NCBI GenBank assembly: GCA_018817165.1
Contig: JAHITY010000099.1
Coordinates: 391 to 64,390 of the forward strand
Source: Candidatus Omnitrophota bacterium
Lineage (GTDB): Bacteria; Omnitrophota; Gorgyraeia; B26-G9
DNA length: 64,000 nt
Direction: 5' to 3'
In this document: piece after piece, positions 40,935 through 50,999 of the stretch
Layout of the letters: every line of letters begins with the position of its first letter
How positions within the stretch are numbered: the stretch's first letter is position 1
Position numbers and translations under genes: made by a program
Notes under the pieces: generated by a model
Seen by the model: only the letters and a program-made list of their open reading frames with translations
Told to the model about the DNA's origin: nothing
Databases searched by the model: none

Positions 40935-42566
40935 ATGAGTATGTTTTGTTATCAATGTCAAGAAACAGTAAGAAATACAGGTTGTACAATCAAGGGTGTT
41001 TGCGGTAAAGAGGCAAAAACATCGGATTTAATGGATTTAATGATTTATGTTTTACAGGGGCTTTCGCTTTATGCTGAGAAGGCAGGAAATGTTGATAAAA
41101 AATACGGGGTGTTTACCTGCCAAGCTCTTTTTTCAACGATTACAAATGCTAATTTTGATGATAATAGGATTATAGAACTTATCAAAAAAGCAATTGTATT
41201 AAGATCTGAACTTAAGCAAAAAGTACAAATTGCGCCAGAAGGTCTGCATGATTCTGCTGTTTGGACAGCTGATTCAGCGGATGAATTTATGAAAAAGGCA
41301 GTTGAAGTCAGCCCGCTTTCGTACAGTGATAATGAGGATATTAGATCTTTAAAATCATTGCTTTTGTATGGATTGAAAGGAATTGCGGCATATACTGATC
41401 ATGCGGCTGTATTGGGGCAGTATGACCAGTCGATTTTTAAGTTTATGTTCAAAGGGCTGGCCGCGATTACAAAAGAGCTGTCAGCGGATGAATTAACCGC
41501 GCTTGTTCTTGAAGCCGGAGAAAATGGGGTTAAAGCCATGGCGGTATTGGATAAAGCTAATACTAGTGCTTATGGCAATCCGGAAATCACAAAGGTGAAT
41601 CTGGGGGTAAGAAATAATCCCGGGATTTTGATCTCAGGGCATGATTTAAAGGATATGGAAGAATTGCTAAAACAAACTAAAGGAACGGGCATTGATGTTT
41701 ATACGCATAGCGAAATGCTGCCGGCGCATTATTATCCAGCGTTTAAGAAATATGAGCATTTTGCGGGAAATTATGGCGGTTCCTGGTGGCATCAGAACAA
41801 AGACTTTGAGACCTTTAATGGCCCGATACTGATGACAACAAATTGTATTATTCCGGTGAAGGATTCTTATAAGGAGAGGATTTTTACAACCGGCATGGCT
41901 GGTTATCCTGGGATAAAGCATATTGCTGATCGATCTGCTGGGGGAAGTAAAGATTTCAGCGAGATTGTCGAGTTGGCAAAGAAATGTAAAGCTCCTCAAG
42001 AAATAGAAACAGGAGAGATTGTTGGCGGTTTTGCGCACAATCAAGTTTTTGCTTTAGCGGACAAAGTTGTCGCGGCGGTAAAGTCAGGCGCGATCAAACG
42101 TTTTATCGTTATGGCCGGCTGTGATGGTCGCCAAAAGCCCCGCAGTTATTTTACGGAAGTTGCCGAAAAATTACCCAAAGATACCGTGATTTTAACAGCA
42201 GGCTGTGCTAAATACCGATATATTAAACTAGGTTTGGGTGATATCGGAGGCATTCCGCGTGTTTTAGACGCAGGACAATGTAATGATTCCTATTCGTTGG
42301 CAATTATTGCCTTAAAGCTTAAGGAAGTGTTTGGTCTTGATGATGTTAATAAGTTGCCGCTTTCATTTGATATTGCCTGGTATGAACAAAAAGCAGTAAT
42401 CGTTCTTTTGGCGTTATTACATCTGGGTTTTAAAAACATGCGGTTAGGACCGACCTTGCCAGCTTTTCTTTCTCCGAATGTGGTGAAAGTCCTTGTTGAA
42501 AAGTTTAATATTAAATTAATAGCTGCCGCCGATGATGATGTCGCGGCAATGATGGTAGGCGCATAG
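40935..42566 (+). CDS. hcp: Hybrid cluster protein (hydroxylamine/NO reductase)
   Basis: [37 protein letters not shown]. Confidence 0.98.
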   Translation: MSMFCYQCQETVRNTGCTIKGVCGKEAKTSDLMDLMIYVLQGLSLYAEKAGNVDKKYGVFTCQALFSTITNANFDDNRIIELIKKAIVLRSELKQKVQIAPEGLHDSAVWTADSADEFMKKAVEVSPLSYSDNEDIRSLKSLLLYGLKGIAAYTDHAAVLGQYDQSIFKFMFKGLAAITKELSADELTALVLEAGENGVKAMAVLDKANTSAYGNPEITKVNLGVRNNPGILISGHDLKDMEELLKQTKGTGIDVYTHSEMLPAHYYPAFKKYEHFAGNYGGSWWHQNKDFETFNGPILMTTNCIIPVKDSYKERIFTTGMAGYPGIKHIADRSAGGSKDFSEIVELAKKCKAPQEIETGEIVGGFAHNQVFALADKVVAAVKSGAIKRFIVMAGCDGRQKPRSYFTEVAEKLPKDTVILTAGCAKYRYIKLGLGDIGGIPRVLDAGQCNDSYSLAIIALKLKEVFGLDDVNKLPLSFDIAWYEQKAVIVLLALLHLGFKNMRLGPTLPAFLSPNVVKVLVEKFNIKLIAAADDDVAAMMVGA

Positions 42567-42670
42567 CTTTAATCAGGGCGGTTTATTGTGAATTCGGTCA
42601 TTACTAAAATTATGCTTACTGTACAATATCGTGCGTATTAACAATAGCAATTATTGCGGAGGAGTTTACT

Positions 42671-42991
42671 ATGATAAATGTATTGGATAATATTCCCTAT
42701 CAAGATAACGGTTTAGGTAAAAGAAAACTAGTTGATCAGGATGATTTATTAGTTATGCAAATCGCGCTTAAGCCGGGGCAACAAGTGCCGCGACATAATG
42801 CAAATTCAAATGTCCACCTTTTAATTTTAAAGGGCTCATCAGCGACTGTAATACTTGATGGGGTAGATACGCAAGGAAAAGCGGGCGATCTTATTCCTGT
42901 TGCATATCAAACCCCGATGTCTATAAAAAATACAGGTAATGATGATGTAAACTTTATGGTTATTAAGACGCCAAATCCGAGTAAGATGTAA
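42671..42991 (+). CDS. Cupin-domain protein
   Basis: LKPGQQVPRH; follows hcp. Confidence 0.8.
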   Translation: MINVLDNIPYQDNGLGKRKLVDQDDLLVMQIALKPGQQVPRHNANSNVHLLILKGSSATVILDGVDTQGKAGDLIPVAYQTPMSIKNTGNDDVNFMVIKTPNPSKM

Positions 42992-43128
42992 CCAGTCGTA
43001 AGTTTAATAGTGTTTTAGCTTATTTTCTTTAATATTATCAAACGGGTGAGATATATTTTATATGAAAGGCAGACATAAAGGTGTAATGTGACAGGGAGCA
43101 TTAGCATAAGAAGGAGAATGCGAAAGTC

Positions 43129-43578
43129 ATGATGCTGAATAAATATTGGGTCGCTATTCAAACCGCATTTTTGCTTTTAATTGTGCTCTGGCCGTTTAAG
43201 ATTGAATTGTCTTTGCCTGATATTATTAAAAATACAGGCATGTTTTTTTGCATAGTAGGGCTGGTCCTTATGGTTGTTGCCGCAAAAACGCTGAAAGACA
43301 ATCTGCGTCCGTCTCCAATACCAAAAGTTGGAGGAGAATTGATTACAACGGGGCTGTATTCTATTGTCCGGCATCCGGCGTACAGTGCTATTATAATCAT
43401 GGTTTTCAGTTTTAGCCTGTGGACAGGGGATGCTGCGAGATTAATGTTATCAGCCTGTTTGCTTTTTTTCTTTAATGCAAAGTCAAAAATGGAAGAAAAA
43501 AAGCTGAAGATAATTTATCCTGAGTATGTTAGTTATCAGAAGCAAGTAAATAAGAAATTTATTCCTGGGGTATTATAG
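43129..43578 (+). CDS. Isoprenylcysteine/phospholipid methyltransferase-family membrane protein
   Basis: LITTGLYSIVRHPAY, EE..L...YPEY..Y. Confidence 0.85.
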   Translation: MMLNKYWVAIQTAFLLLIVLWPFKIELSLPDIIKNTGMFFCIVGLVLMVVAAKTLKDNLRPSPIPKVGGELITTGLYSIVRHPAYSAIIIMVFSFSLWTGDAARLMLSACLLFFFNAKSKMEEKKLKIIYPEYVSYQKQVNKKFIPGVL

Positions 43579-43609
43579 TTTTGTTACAATAGTATTTAAG
43601 TAATAGAAA

Positions 43610-44329
43610 ATGGACGAACTTATGGATAATATCAGAGCGCTTTTTTTTGATGTCGGGGGGACTATATTTGATTGGAAAAATACAGCGCGGGAAAAAATTC
43701 AGACATTGGCTGCTGAAAAGGGTCAAGTAATGGACTGCGAAGCCTTCGCCGTTGACTGGCGGGAAGAAATGATGAGAGTTCACATGCAGGTTAGACAGGG
43801 AAATCTGCTATGGATAAATTCTGATGATATGCATTTAAGGGCATTAGACAGTTTGACAAATAGCTATCCGTTTTTAACTTTAATTGACCGAATGTCTCTG
43901 GTGAAATCTACATGGCATAATCTGAAAGCTTTTGCCGGAGCTCCTGAAGCAATCAGCCGTTTGCGCAGTAAATATACGGGTGTAGTTCTTTCCATACTGA
44001 GCTGGGAAAGCATTGTCAACAGTTCAAAAAGAGCCAATGTGCAATGGGATGGGATCCTTTAGTGTGAGTTTTTGGGTTATTATAAACCTTCTTTACAAGC
44101 TTATCTTAAAGGGATTAGCCTCTTGGGATTAAAACCTGCTCAGACCATGATGGTTGCAGCCCATAAAGGTGATTTGGCAGCGGCTCAGACTGCCGGGATG
44201 CATACGGCATATGTTCGTGTCCCAGAAGAAGATTATCTGGGTGAAGGCTTTGGGAAAGTAGGCGAGATAAAGTTTGATATTGAGGCGGATGGTTTTGAAG
44301 ATTTATGTAATAAGCTAGAAGTATATTAG
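43610..44329 (+). pseudogene. Haloacid dehalogenase type II interrupted by an in-frame TAG (44060-44062)
   Basis: FDVGGT...GIL*CEFLGYYKP...MMVAAH.GDL all in one frame. Confidence 0.85.
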
Positions 44330-44382
44330 AACAGCGTTCTATTAAATGATTAAGCATAATTTTCTAAGTATTTTTATACATT

Positions 44383-44470
44383 AAAAAGTTGCAAAACTTG
44401 TCTAATATGGGGAGTCACTAAAATAAAAAAGGAGTCGATTATGGCTCCTTTTTTATTTTATAATACCTCT
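44383..44470 (+). repeat. Integrase tail, att scar and hairpin; direct repeat with 49834-49920
   Basis: Antisense *LPILDKFCNF; GGGGAGTCA-CTAAAATAAAAAAGGAGTC..GGCTCCTTTTTTATTTTA. Confidence 0.85.
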
Positions 44471-44528
44471 AAATAATTAATTTTAAGGTTATAGGGTAAT
44501 CGGGTTTATAAAGAAAAATCAGTGAAAT

Positions 44529-44559
44529 TTGCAAATTATCAATTAAGTGGTATACTTTA
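44529..44559 (+). promoter_or_regulatory. Putative promoter TTGCAA-N13-TGGTATACTTTA
   Basis: Shared signature of the dual-tag genes. Confidence 0.6.
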
Positions 44560-44654
44560 TAAAATACTTTATTAAGCACTAATGTTTATAGCTTAAAATA
44601 TGCTGAATCACTGTTTGGTTTAAAAATTCTATACTATATAAAAGGATACGGAAA

Positions 44655-47600
44655 ATGTTAAGAAGAATATTAAGTCTCATATTGATTTACAGTTTTGTAT
44701 TATTGCCAGTGCAGCCGGCATTAAGCGGAATTGCCCATTCTTCTGCTCAAACTATTGTTGTTTGCCAGACGCTTTCTCCAACTCTTGTTCTAAATGAACA
44801 AAACATGAGGGGGCTGTTTCTTGATGCTAGTACTTGGGATCTAGCTGCTTTGTCTGAATCCATTGAACTAGAGAATGATTTAATAAAAGAAAATATAAAA
44901 TCAAGGTATTTTAACGGCCATCAAATTCTTAGTATTTCAAAGGAGATTTTTGATTCAGCAATAAAAGTAAGCAAATTATTTTTTGAATATGCCTTTCCAA
45001 AAGCAAAAAAAACCATCAGAAATTCAATATTTCTGATTACTGTGTTCGCACAGATACTTATGCCGATATTCTCTTTTGCGGGAATCGGTACTTATATGGC
45101 GGCAAGCAATATGTTGGTTACATTTGATTCTGATAGCGGGGAAGTCAAGATGATGACTCTTTCCGGGAAAACATTTATAAACTATATCCTGGGAAAAGAT
45201 GGGAAAAAAACACCCCTGATGCTTACTCCCGGTTATGATGAAGATAGCATTCTTAATCAGTTTACCGCGCCAAGCGAAGCGGGAAGTGCTATTGTTAATA
45301 TGAATGATGATCCGAGAGCCGCAGCGGATCCGTTCACTGATTATTATAAGCTGACCTATACCAATAAAGACATTGATCCTGCAATTGCTGCTGCAATACT
45401 TAATTCAGAGGAAACAGGCTTGAGAGCAGAACCAAACATTATGCATGAGGTCAATGCTATTAATAATTATTTTGATCCGAATATAAAACCTTATGACCTT
45501 GAAAATTGGGGACTTCTGGCTTTAAAAATACCCAGTGCATGGGATATATTAAATCAATATGACAGCAATGTATTTCCCCCAGTAGGTGCAGGGATTATGG
45601 ATAGTGGTGTTTGGGATTACAATTCAAATCTGCAAGGAATGGTAATAAATCCTGAGCAGAGCTATTTTGATCCGAACAGTGACAATCCCCACGGAACTAT
45701 AGTTGCCGGTGTCTTGAAAGAAGCAGCGCCTTATTCGTCTGTAAAAATTATTAATGCCGGAGGCTTGCCCGGCGGATCCGGAACCACGGAATCTATTTTA
45801 ATGGCGATCAAAGACCTGATTGATCTTGCCATTGAAAATGGGCTGGATAAAAGGCTGATCGCAAATTGCAGTTTCGGCTCTGATGGGCTTATGGAAAATT
45901 CCATTCTAGATGCTTGGAAACGTGCTGCTGAACTAACCAATATTTTTATTGGTCCTGCCGCGGGAAATATAGGAACATATTTTGATCAAAATAATTGGGG
46001 GCATTATTGGGAAGGACCGCTTTTTCATCCAGTAAGTTCGATTAATATAAATGGGCAAGCATCAGATTTTAGTAATTACAGCCAGTGGATTCCCTATGCT
46101 TCGGGTGAAGATATCTTGGGCATTTTTCCTGATGGACATACAGAGTATGTGAGCGGCACATCTTTTTCCGCACCTTATAGAAACGGGATTGTAGCAGATA
46201 TAATAATAAACCAGGCTATGGTGCATGGGTTTTATTCTGTTCCGTTTGATCATGAAGAAATTGCCAGCATTATCTGGAATACTGGTGATATCAAGATCAA
46301 TACTGTGGATAGAAGACAGATGCTGGTTGTTAATGCTGAACAAGCGCTTAAGGTGGCCTATCCGGGTGTGGCGCTGATTGAAAATGAGGATAGAAACATA
46401 GTTGTATATAATGGGCGTCCGATTATCGGAACAGCACGTGTATACGGAGGCTGGGAGCATTTTTCTTCATACACGCTGCAGATAAAAAACTTTGCTGAAG
46501 ATGAATGGACAACGATTAATTATAGTGAGACTCCGGTAACTAATGGAGTGCTGGGTACGCTTGATGAAAATATAGCTGAAGGCTGGTATGCTTTGCGTTT
46601 GACTGTTAAAAACACAGAAGGCCAGGAATTTGTATGTGAGGGCAATATCGGGGTTAATCGTTCGCTTGTTCCGGGTTGGCCGCAGGAAATGCCAGGATGG
46701 GTATATTCAAATATATTAGCACAGTTGAATGATTCGCCAGACAAAGAGATGTTTATGCTTATGTCTGGCAAGAATAGTATTGTAAAAGACTCGCAAGGTA
46801 ATGATGTAGCGGGTTGGGAAAATGCCTCTGAAACAGAGCGTCCTTATGGCTTAACATTGACAGCTGATTTTAGTAAAAAAGATGGAACCGAGGGAAGCGA
46901 TGGAATTGACGAATTAATAGTCAATGAATTCCCTGCTACGATAACGGTTATGAATGCAACTGGAACAGTTAAATGGAGTGAAAATATCTGCAAAGCAGAG
47001 TATAGTTATTGTCTGGTGCAGGATATGATTGTTGTTGATTTTGACGCAGACAAAAAACCAGAACTGGCAATAACCGCATATGTTGTGGATAATGAAAAAA
47101 ACCTTTGGAATTTAGTGCAGGTATTTGAGCTGGGGAATAATGGGATGAAAGAAATTTATCAAACTAAAGTCCCGGAAGCCCGGTACGGCAGTACTGTTTT
47201 CTTGTTTGCAGTAGAAGCAGGCAACAATAAAAAAAATCTGGGTATTGGAATAAGCGGCAATGATGGCCAGAGCAGAACAGATAATAAATATGAGACTAAA
47301 TTAAGTCTTGTTGATATTACCCTGGGTAAGGAAATCGCTAGCCGCAATTTTATTGATAAGGTAATATACAAAACACCTGTATCTGTGGATTCTGATGGGG
47401 ACAATAAATCAGAAATATTTATCCTGGGATTAGATGCTGAGCCTTTAGACCGGAATGAGCCAACAGTTGCTGAGGTCTATGGCTTGACTAGTGATTTAAA
47501 AGATTCATTGCCGGGGTTTCCGGTTAGATTAGCGGGGGTTCAGACACCACCCATAGCTTTGGCTACAGAGCCTGCAGCCGGCAGAACCATGGGCGATGAT

Positions 47601-48887
47601 AAGGGCTGGCGGATAGTTTTTGGTATGGAAGGGGTATATGACAAGACGAATCGATTGGTTATAGTGCCCATCGATGATCCTCAGAGCACTATGCAAATCA
47701 TGACAGCTCCCTCTGTGAATAATCCATTGATAATCACAGTTGATAATACTGTGGGTGATAATGAGCAAAACAATGAAGATTATATGCAAACGCTTGTTGC
47801 TGTTTCTGTAAACCGAGGAATTGCACTATATGACCTTAAAACAGGGAAATTAGAAAGGTCAATACCATATGATGATTATCCTACAGCAGGAGTGGTAGCT
47901 TTTAATGGTCAGCATGGGTCGATTCTTTTATCTGCTGGAGCAGGATATCATCCTGTGTATAAATATACAGATTATCCCGCTGAAATGTTTCTTATGGAGG
48001 TTAAGGGTTTAGATGGTTCGAAAGTGAAAGGTTGGGTCCAATGGGGTGAAGTCCGCGGTGAGGGGCAGACAGGATTGCCGCAAATTCTGCCATTTGATAA
48101 AAATGATGAAGATAGAGAAGATGATATAGATAATTCTGATGATGGGCAAGAAGATCTGGATGCCTCGGATGATAATATCGATAAAGATAAAGACCCGGAA
48201 GTAAAAAAACCTGGTTCACGACGTGGAGGACTTGGACGGAGTACGGATTGGTTGGGACGGATTGAAATCAAACCAATAGTATCTAATGAGGTTACGGAGC
48301 CAGAAAAGATAGAGGCAGAAGAGCTCAAGACAATGCCGGAAAAATTAAAAAATAATAAGGAGCGTGATTCTAATTCTAAGAAAGCAGCAGAATCCACTGT
48401 TATTTCAGATAAAAAATATCCGGTTGCGAGCAAAGTAAAACCAGAAGAGCAAAAAGTGGAATATGCGCTGAATATTTCTGAAAAAAAAGCCGACAAAGCT
48501 ATTGAACATACGCAAGATTTGTCAGGAATATTTAATTTATTAAGCGTGCTGTCTATTGCCTGGGTTGCAGTGTGTATTGGGGGAATAGGCACGGTTACAG
48601 TTCTTACTGGATTAATAGTTGCTCGTCTATGGGAACGGCTGAACAGGTCAAATAAACAAGCAGTTGAGGATACTGATACTGATGTTTCTTCGAAGTCTCC
48701 TAATAAAACGCAGGCTAAAAAAGCGATATTCATGGGATTTGCACAGCATAAGCAAGGAAAAAATGCTTCAAAACAGACAGTGAGCACTGATCCGGATCAA
48801 CATAAATATACCGTGATACCCCCTGCCCTCCAAGTTGAAAAAAGGGATATTCTATTTACTTCTTACGCGATGGAGCGTTCAATCTAA
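44655..48887 (+). CDS. Subtilisin-like S8 protease with FG-GAP-like repeats and C-terminal TM (dual-tag family)
   Basis: Triad IMDSG / HGT / GTSFSAP, AAGN; DFDADKKPEL and DSDGDNKSEI repeats; C-terminus SYAMERSI. Confidence 0.85.
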   Translation: MLRRILSLILIYSFVLLPVQPALSGIAHSSAQTIVVCQTLSPTLVLNEQNMRGLFLDASTWDLAALSESIELENDLIKENIKSRYFNGHQILSISKEIFDSAIKVSKLFFEYAFPKAKKTIRNSIFLITVFAQILMPIFSFAGIGTYMAASNMLVTFDSDSGEVKMMTLSGKTFINYILGKDGKKTPLMLTPGYDEDSILNQFTAPSEAGSAIVNMNDDPRAAADPFTDYYKLTYTNKDIDPAIAAAILNSEETGLRAEPNIMHEVNAINNYFDPNIKPYDLENWGLLALKIPSAWDILNQYDSNVFPPVGAGIMDSGVWDYNSNLQGMVINPEQSYFDPNSDNPHGTIVAGVLKEAAPYSSVKIINAGGLPGGSGTTESILMAIKDLIDLAIENGLDKRLIANCSFGSDGLMENSILDAWKRAAELTNIFIGPAAGNIGTYFDQNNWGHYWEGPLFHPVSSININGQASDFSNYSQWIPYASGEDILGIFPDGHTEYVSGTSFSAPYRNGIVADIIINQAMVHGFYSVPFDHEEIASIIWNTGDIKINTVDRRQMLVVNAEQALKVAYPGVALIENEDRNIVVYNGRPIIGTARVYGGWEHFSSYTLQIKNFAEDEWTTINYSETPVTNGVLGTLDENIAEGWYALRLTVKNTEGQEFVCEGNIGVNRSLVPGWPQEMPGWVYSNILAQLNDSPDKEMFMLMSGKNSIVKDSQGNDVAGWENASETERPYGLTLTADFSKKDGTEGSDGIDELIVNEFPATITVMNATGTVKWSENICKAEYSYCLVQDMIVVDFDADKKPELAITAYVVDNEKNLWNLVQVFELGNNGMKEIYQTKVPEARYGSTVFLFAVEAGNNKKNLGIGISGNDGQSRTDNKYETKLSLVDITLGKEIASRNFIDKVIYKTPVSVDSDGDNKSEIFILGLDAEPLDRNEPTVAEVYGLTSDLKDSLPGFPVRLAGVQTPPIALATEPAAGRTMGDDKGWRIVFGMEGVYDKTNRLVIVPIDDPQSTMQIMTAPSVNNPLIITVDNTVGDNEQNNEDYMQTLVAVSVNRGIALYDLKTGKLERSIPYDDYPTAGVVAFNGQHGSILLSAGAGYHPVYKYTDYPAEMFLMEVKGLDGSKVKGWVQWGEVRGEGQTGLPQILPFDKNDEDREDDIDNSDDGQEDLDASDDNIDKDKDPEVKKPGSRRGGLGRSTDWLGRIEIKPIVSNEVTEPEKIEAEELKTMPEKLKNNKERDSNSKKAAESTVISDKKYPVASKVKPEEQKVEYALNISEKKADKAIEHTQDLSGIFNLLSVLSIAWVAVCIGGIGTVTVLTGLIVARLWERLNRSNKQAVEDTDTDVSSKSPNKTQAKKAIFMGFAQHKQGKNASKQTVSTDPDQHKYTVIPPALQVEKRDILFTSYAMERSI

Positions 48888-48941
48888 TTGCTGTTAAAAA
48901 ATTGTGCCACCAAAGGTCATGAGTATATTAGTAGATATGCT

Positions 48942-49008
48942 CAGTGTAACTCATTTAATACGGGAGCAAAAATAATAAAATCACTACATGGTTAGTGGTT
49001 TTTTATTC
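48942..49008 (+). mobile_element. Degenerate att scar plus hairpin
   Basis: AACTCATTTAATACGGGAGCAA followed by ATAAAATCACTA..TAGTGGTTTTTTAT. Confidence 0.5.
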
Positions 49009-49305
49009 TGTTTAGCAATTCGGTGAGAAGCAAAAGGGATTTTAAAGAAAAAAAGCGTTTTCTCCCTTATCGGATAAATGTACTTTTTTGCGCAAGGTAG
49101 AGGAACGGCGATTATTTTTATCCTGAGCTTAGAAAATAAAAATTAGCTTGAGATTAAAGTAATCCAGGAGTATATTAGCATAAGAAGAACAACTTTGGGA
49201 TTGAAAGAATTAGTTTCGAGATTCCCCGTCCCAAAACAGTGGGACACGCGAGGGTTGCCCCTAAAAATTTAAAGGACCATCTTTTTCAATTTCAGAAAGA
49301 CATTT

Positions 49306-49788
49306 ATGAGTGTAATAGAGAAGGCTTTTGCAGTTCTGCAAAGAATAGAATTTGTCGCAATGGCTACTTCTGGTAAAAATGGAAAGCCAAATTCCTCTTC
49401 TAAATTATTATTAAAGATAGAGGGCAGCACGGTGTATTTTATAGATTATAGTATCGGCAGAACCGCCGAAAATCTACAAGTTAATCCGGAAGTTTCTTTA
49501 TCTTTTATTGATATTAATTCTCTGCTTGGTTTTAGATTGAACGGTAAGGTGAAAATTATTGGAAAAGGTAAGACCTTTGATGAATGCCGGAAAGATTTGC
49601 AGAAAAAAGAAATAAAGCTTTCCGCGGAGCGGATTATTAGAGGCATACACGAGGGTAAGTCGTATAAAGAATTTGAATTGGCAATTCCTGAACGCTTCTT
49701 GGTGTATAAGGTCAAGGTCGAAGAAGGTTGTGAAATAAGCCCTCGCGGTGAAATAAAACGTGAAGACAGTTCTGTCATCCATGGCTAA
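49306..49788 (+). CDS. Pyridoxamine 5'-phosphate oxidase-like (FMN-binding split barrel) protein
   Basis: MATSGKNGKPN, T.ENL..NP.VSL. Confidence 0.8.
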   Translation: MSVIEKAFAVLQRIEFVAMATSGKNGKPNSSSKLLLKIEGSTVYFIDYSIGRTAENLQVNPEVSLSFIDINSLLGFRLNGKVKIIGKGKTFDECRKDLQKKEIKLSAERIIRGIHEGKSYKEFELAIPERFLVYKVKVEEGCEISPRGEIKREDSSVIHG

Positions 49789-49833
49789 TTCTCGGCATAG
49801 TTTTCATTCAATGGTCATGGATTAAACTCATTC

Positions 49834-49920
49834 AAAAAGTTGCGAAACTCGTCTAATAGGGGGAGTCACTAAAATAAAAAAGGAGTCGATTATGGCTCCT
49901 TTTTTATTTTATAACACCTC
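49834..49920 (+). repeat. Integrase tail, att scar and hairpin; direct repeat with 44383-44470
   Basis: Antisense *LPLLDEFRNFLNEF. Confidence 0.85.
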
Positions 49921-50086
49921 CTGAAGCCTTTGGTGAAGATAGGGTTTTTCTCTATGGAGTGAATGCCAGAGCGGGGGAGACAATTATTTTAACCACTTGT
50001 AAATAAATAAGTTGCTAGGGGTTATTTTTTTAAAGCTTTTAAGCATAATTATTGATAATATGGTATGTTTATAGTAGAGGATAATT

Positions 50087-50785
50087 ATGAAAAAAAATGT
50101 TGTTTTATCAGTATTGTGCTTACTAATTTTATCATTCGCATATGTCTTTGGGGTAAAAAGTGGAACTTGTTTGCTGGCTAATCCTGTAAACAAGTTTGTT
50201 TATACGATTAGCCCCTTGGGAGTAGCTGATTTTAGTGATTTAGGAATAGTTAAGTTATGCGGGCAGGATGTAAGATTGCATACTTTGAAAACGCGAATAT
50301 TTGGGTTTGAGGATACTGAAATAATTTATAGCGACCTAAAGACATTCTTGCCGATTCGCATAGAACGTGATGTCGCCCGGTGGTTGGGAAAAGAGCGTAT
50401 AGTAGAGGAATATGATCAGGAAAATTTCACGCTTACTACCAAGAAGTTTAGAGGCTGTAGACAAATACAGGAATCTGTAATTGAAAATGATGGCCCGATC
50501 AATAATGCGATTCTGGCGCTATATGATTTACGTACATTTCCTGAACTGGAAATAGGGCAAAGTTTTAAGGCAAATCTTCCTACTGAATTTGAGATAAAAT
50601 TGGAGTCAATAGATCAGCTAAAGATCAGCAAAGATATATTTGAGACCTATCATTTTATAAGTGTCCCTGATAAATTTGAAACTTGGATCAGTAAGGATAA
50701 ACGCAGAATGCCTCTAAAAATAAAATTGCGTATTGGTGTGGGATATACTTTGGTATTAAAAGAGTATTTTGAGGATTCAGATTGA
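50087..50785 (+). CDS. Exported hypothetical protein (DUF3108-like)
   Basis: Signal peptide; C-terminal WISKDKRRMPLKI. Confidence 0.55.
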   Translation: MKKNVVLSVLCLLILSFAYVFGVKSGTCLLANPVNKFVYTISPLGVADFSDLGIVKLCGQDVRLHTLKTRIFGFEDTEIIYSDLKTFLPIRIERDVARWLGKERIVEEYDQENFTLTTKKFRGCRQIQESVIENDGPINNAILALYDLRTFPELEIGQSFKANLPTEFEIKLESIDQLKISKDIFETYHFISVPDKFETWISKDKRRMPLKIKLRIGVGYTLVLKEYFEDSD

Positions 50786-50790
50786 GACAA

Positions 50791-50823
50791 CTAGTCGCGA
50801 AACTTGTCCGATATTGGCAGTTC
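50791..50823 (+). mobile_element. Degenerate integrase tail and att scar
   Basis: GTCGCGAAACTTGTCCGATATTGGCAG; antisense LPISDKFRD. Confidence 0.55.
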
Positions 50824-50999
50824 AATATTTCAATTATCTATGAATTAATGATTAATGGTGCATTTCCTTGTGAAGTGTTATAATATAAAAATAGAGTAAA
50901 CGTCACGGAGGGGCTACGTGGCGTTTTTAGTTTTATCTGATTAGTTTTTGAGAAATATTCTTGCTGGCAATAAAAAGATTGGTGTTTAATGAAATTATT

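Noticed and set aside
44060-44062. Stop-codon reassignment or pyrrolysine readthrough
   Set aside because: TAG terminates other intact genes here (hcp, the 36719 permease, GT4); no pyl genes seen
47972-48787. 271-aa antisense ORF and the other short antisense ORFs in the track
   Set aside because: Shadows of well-supported genes on the opposite strand, with no motifs or RBS
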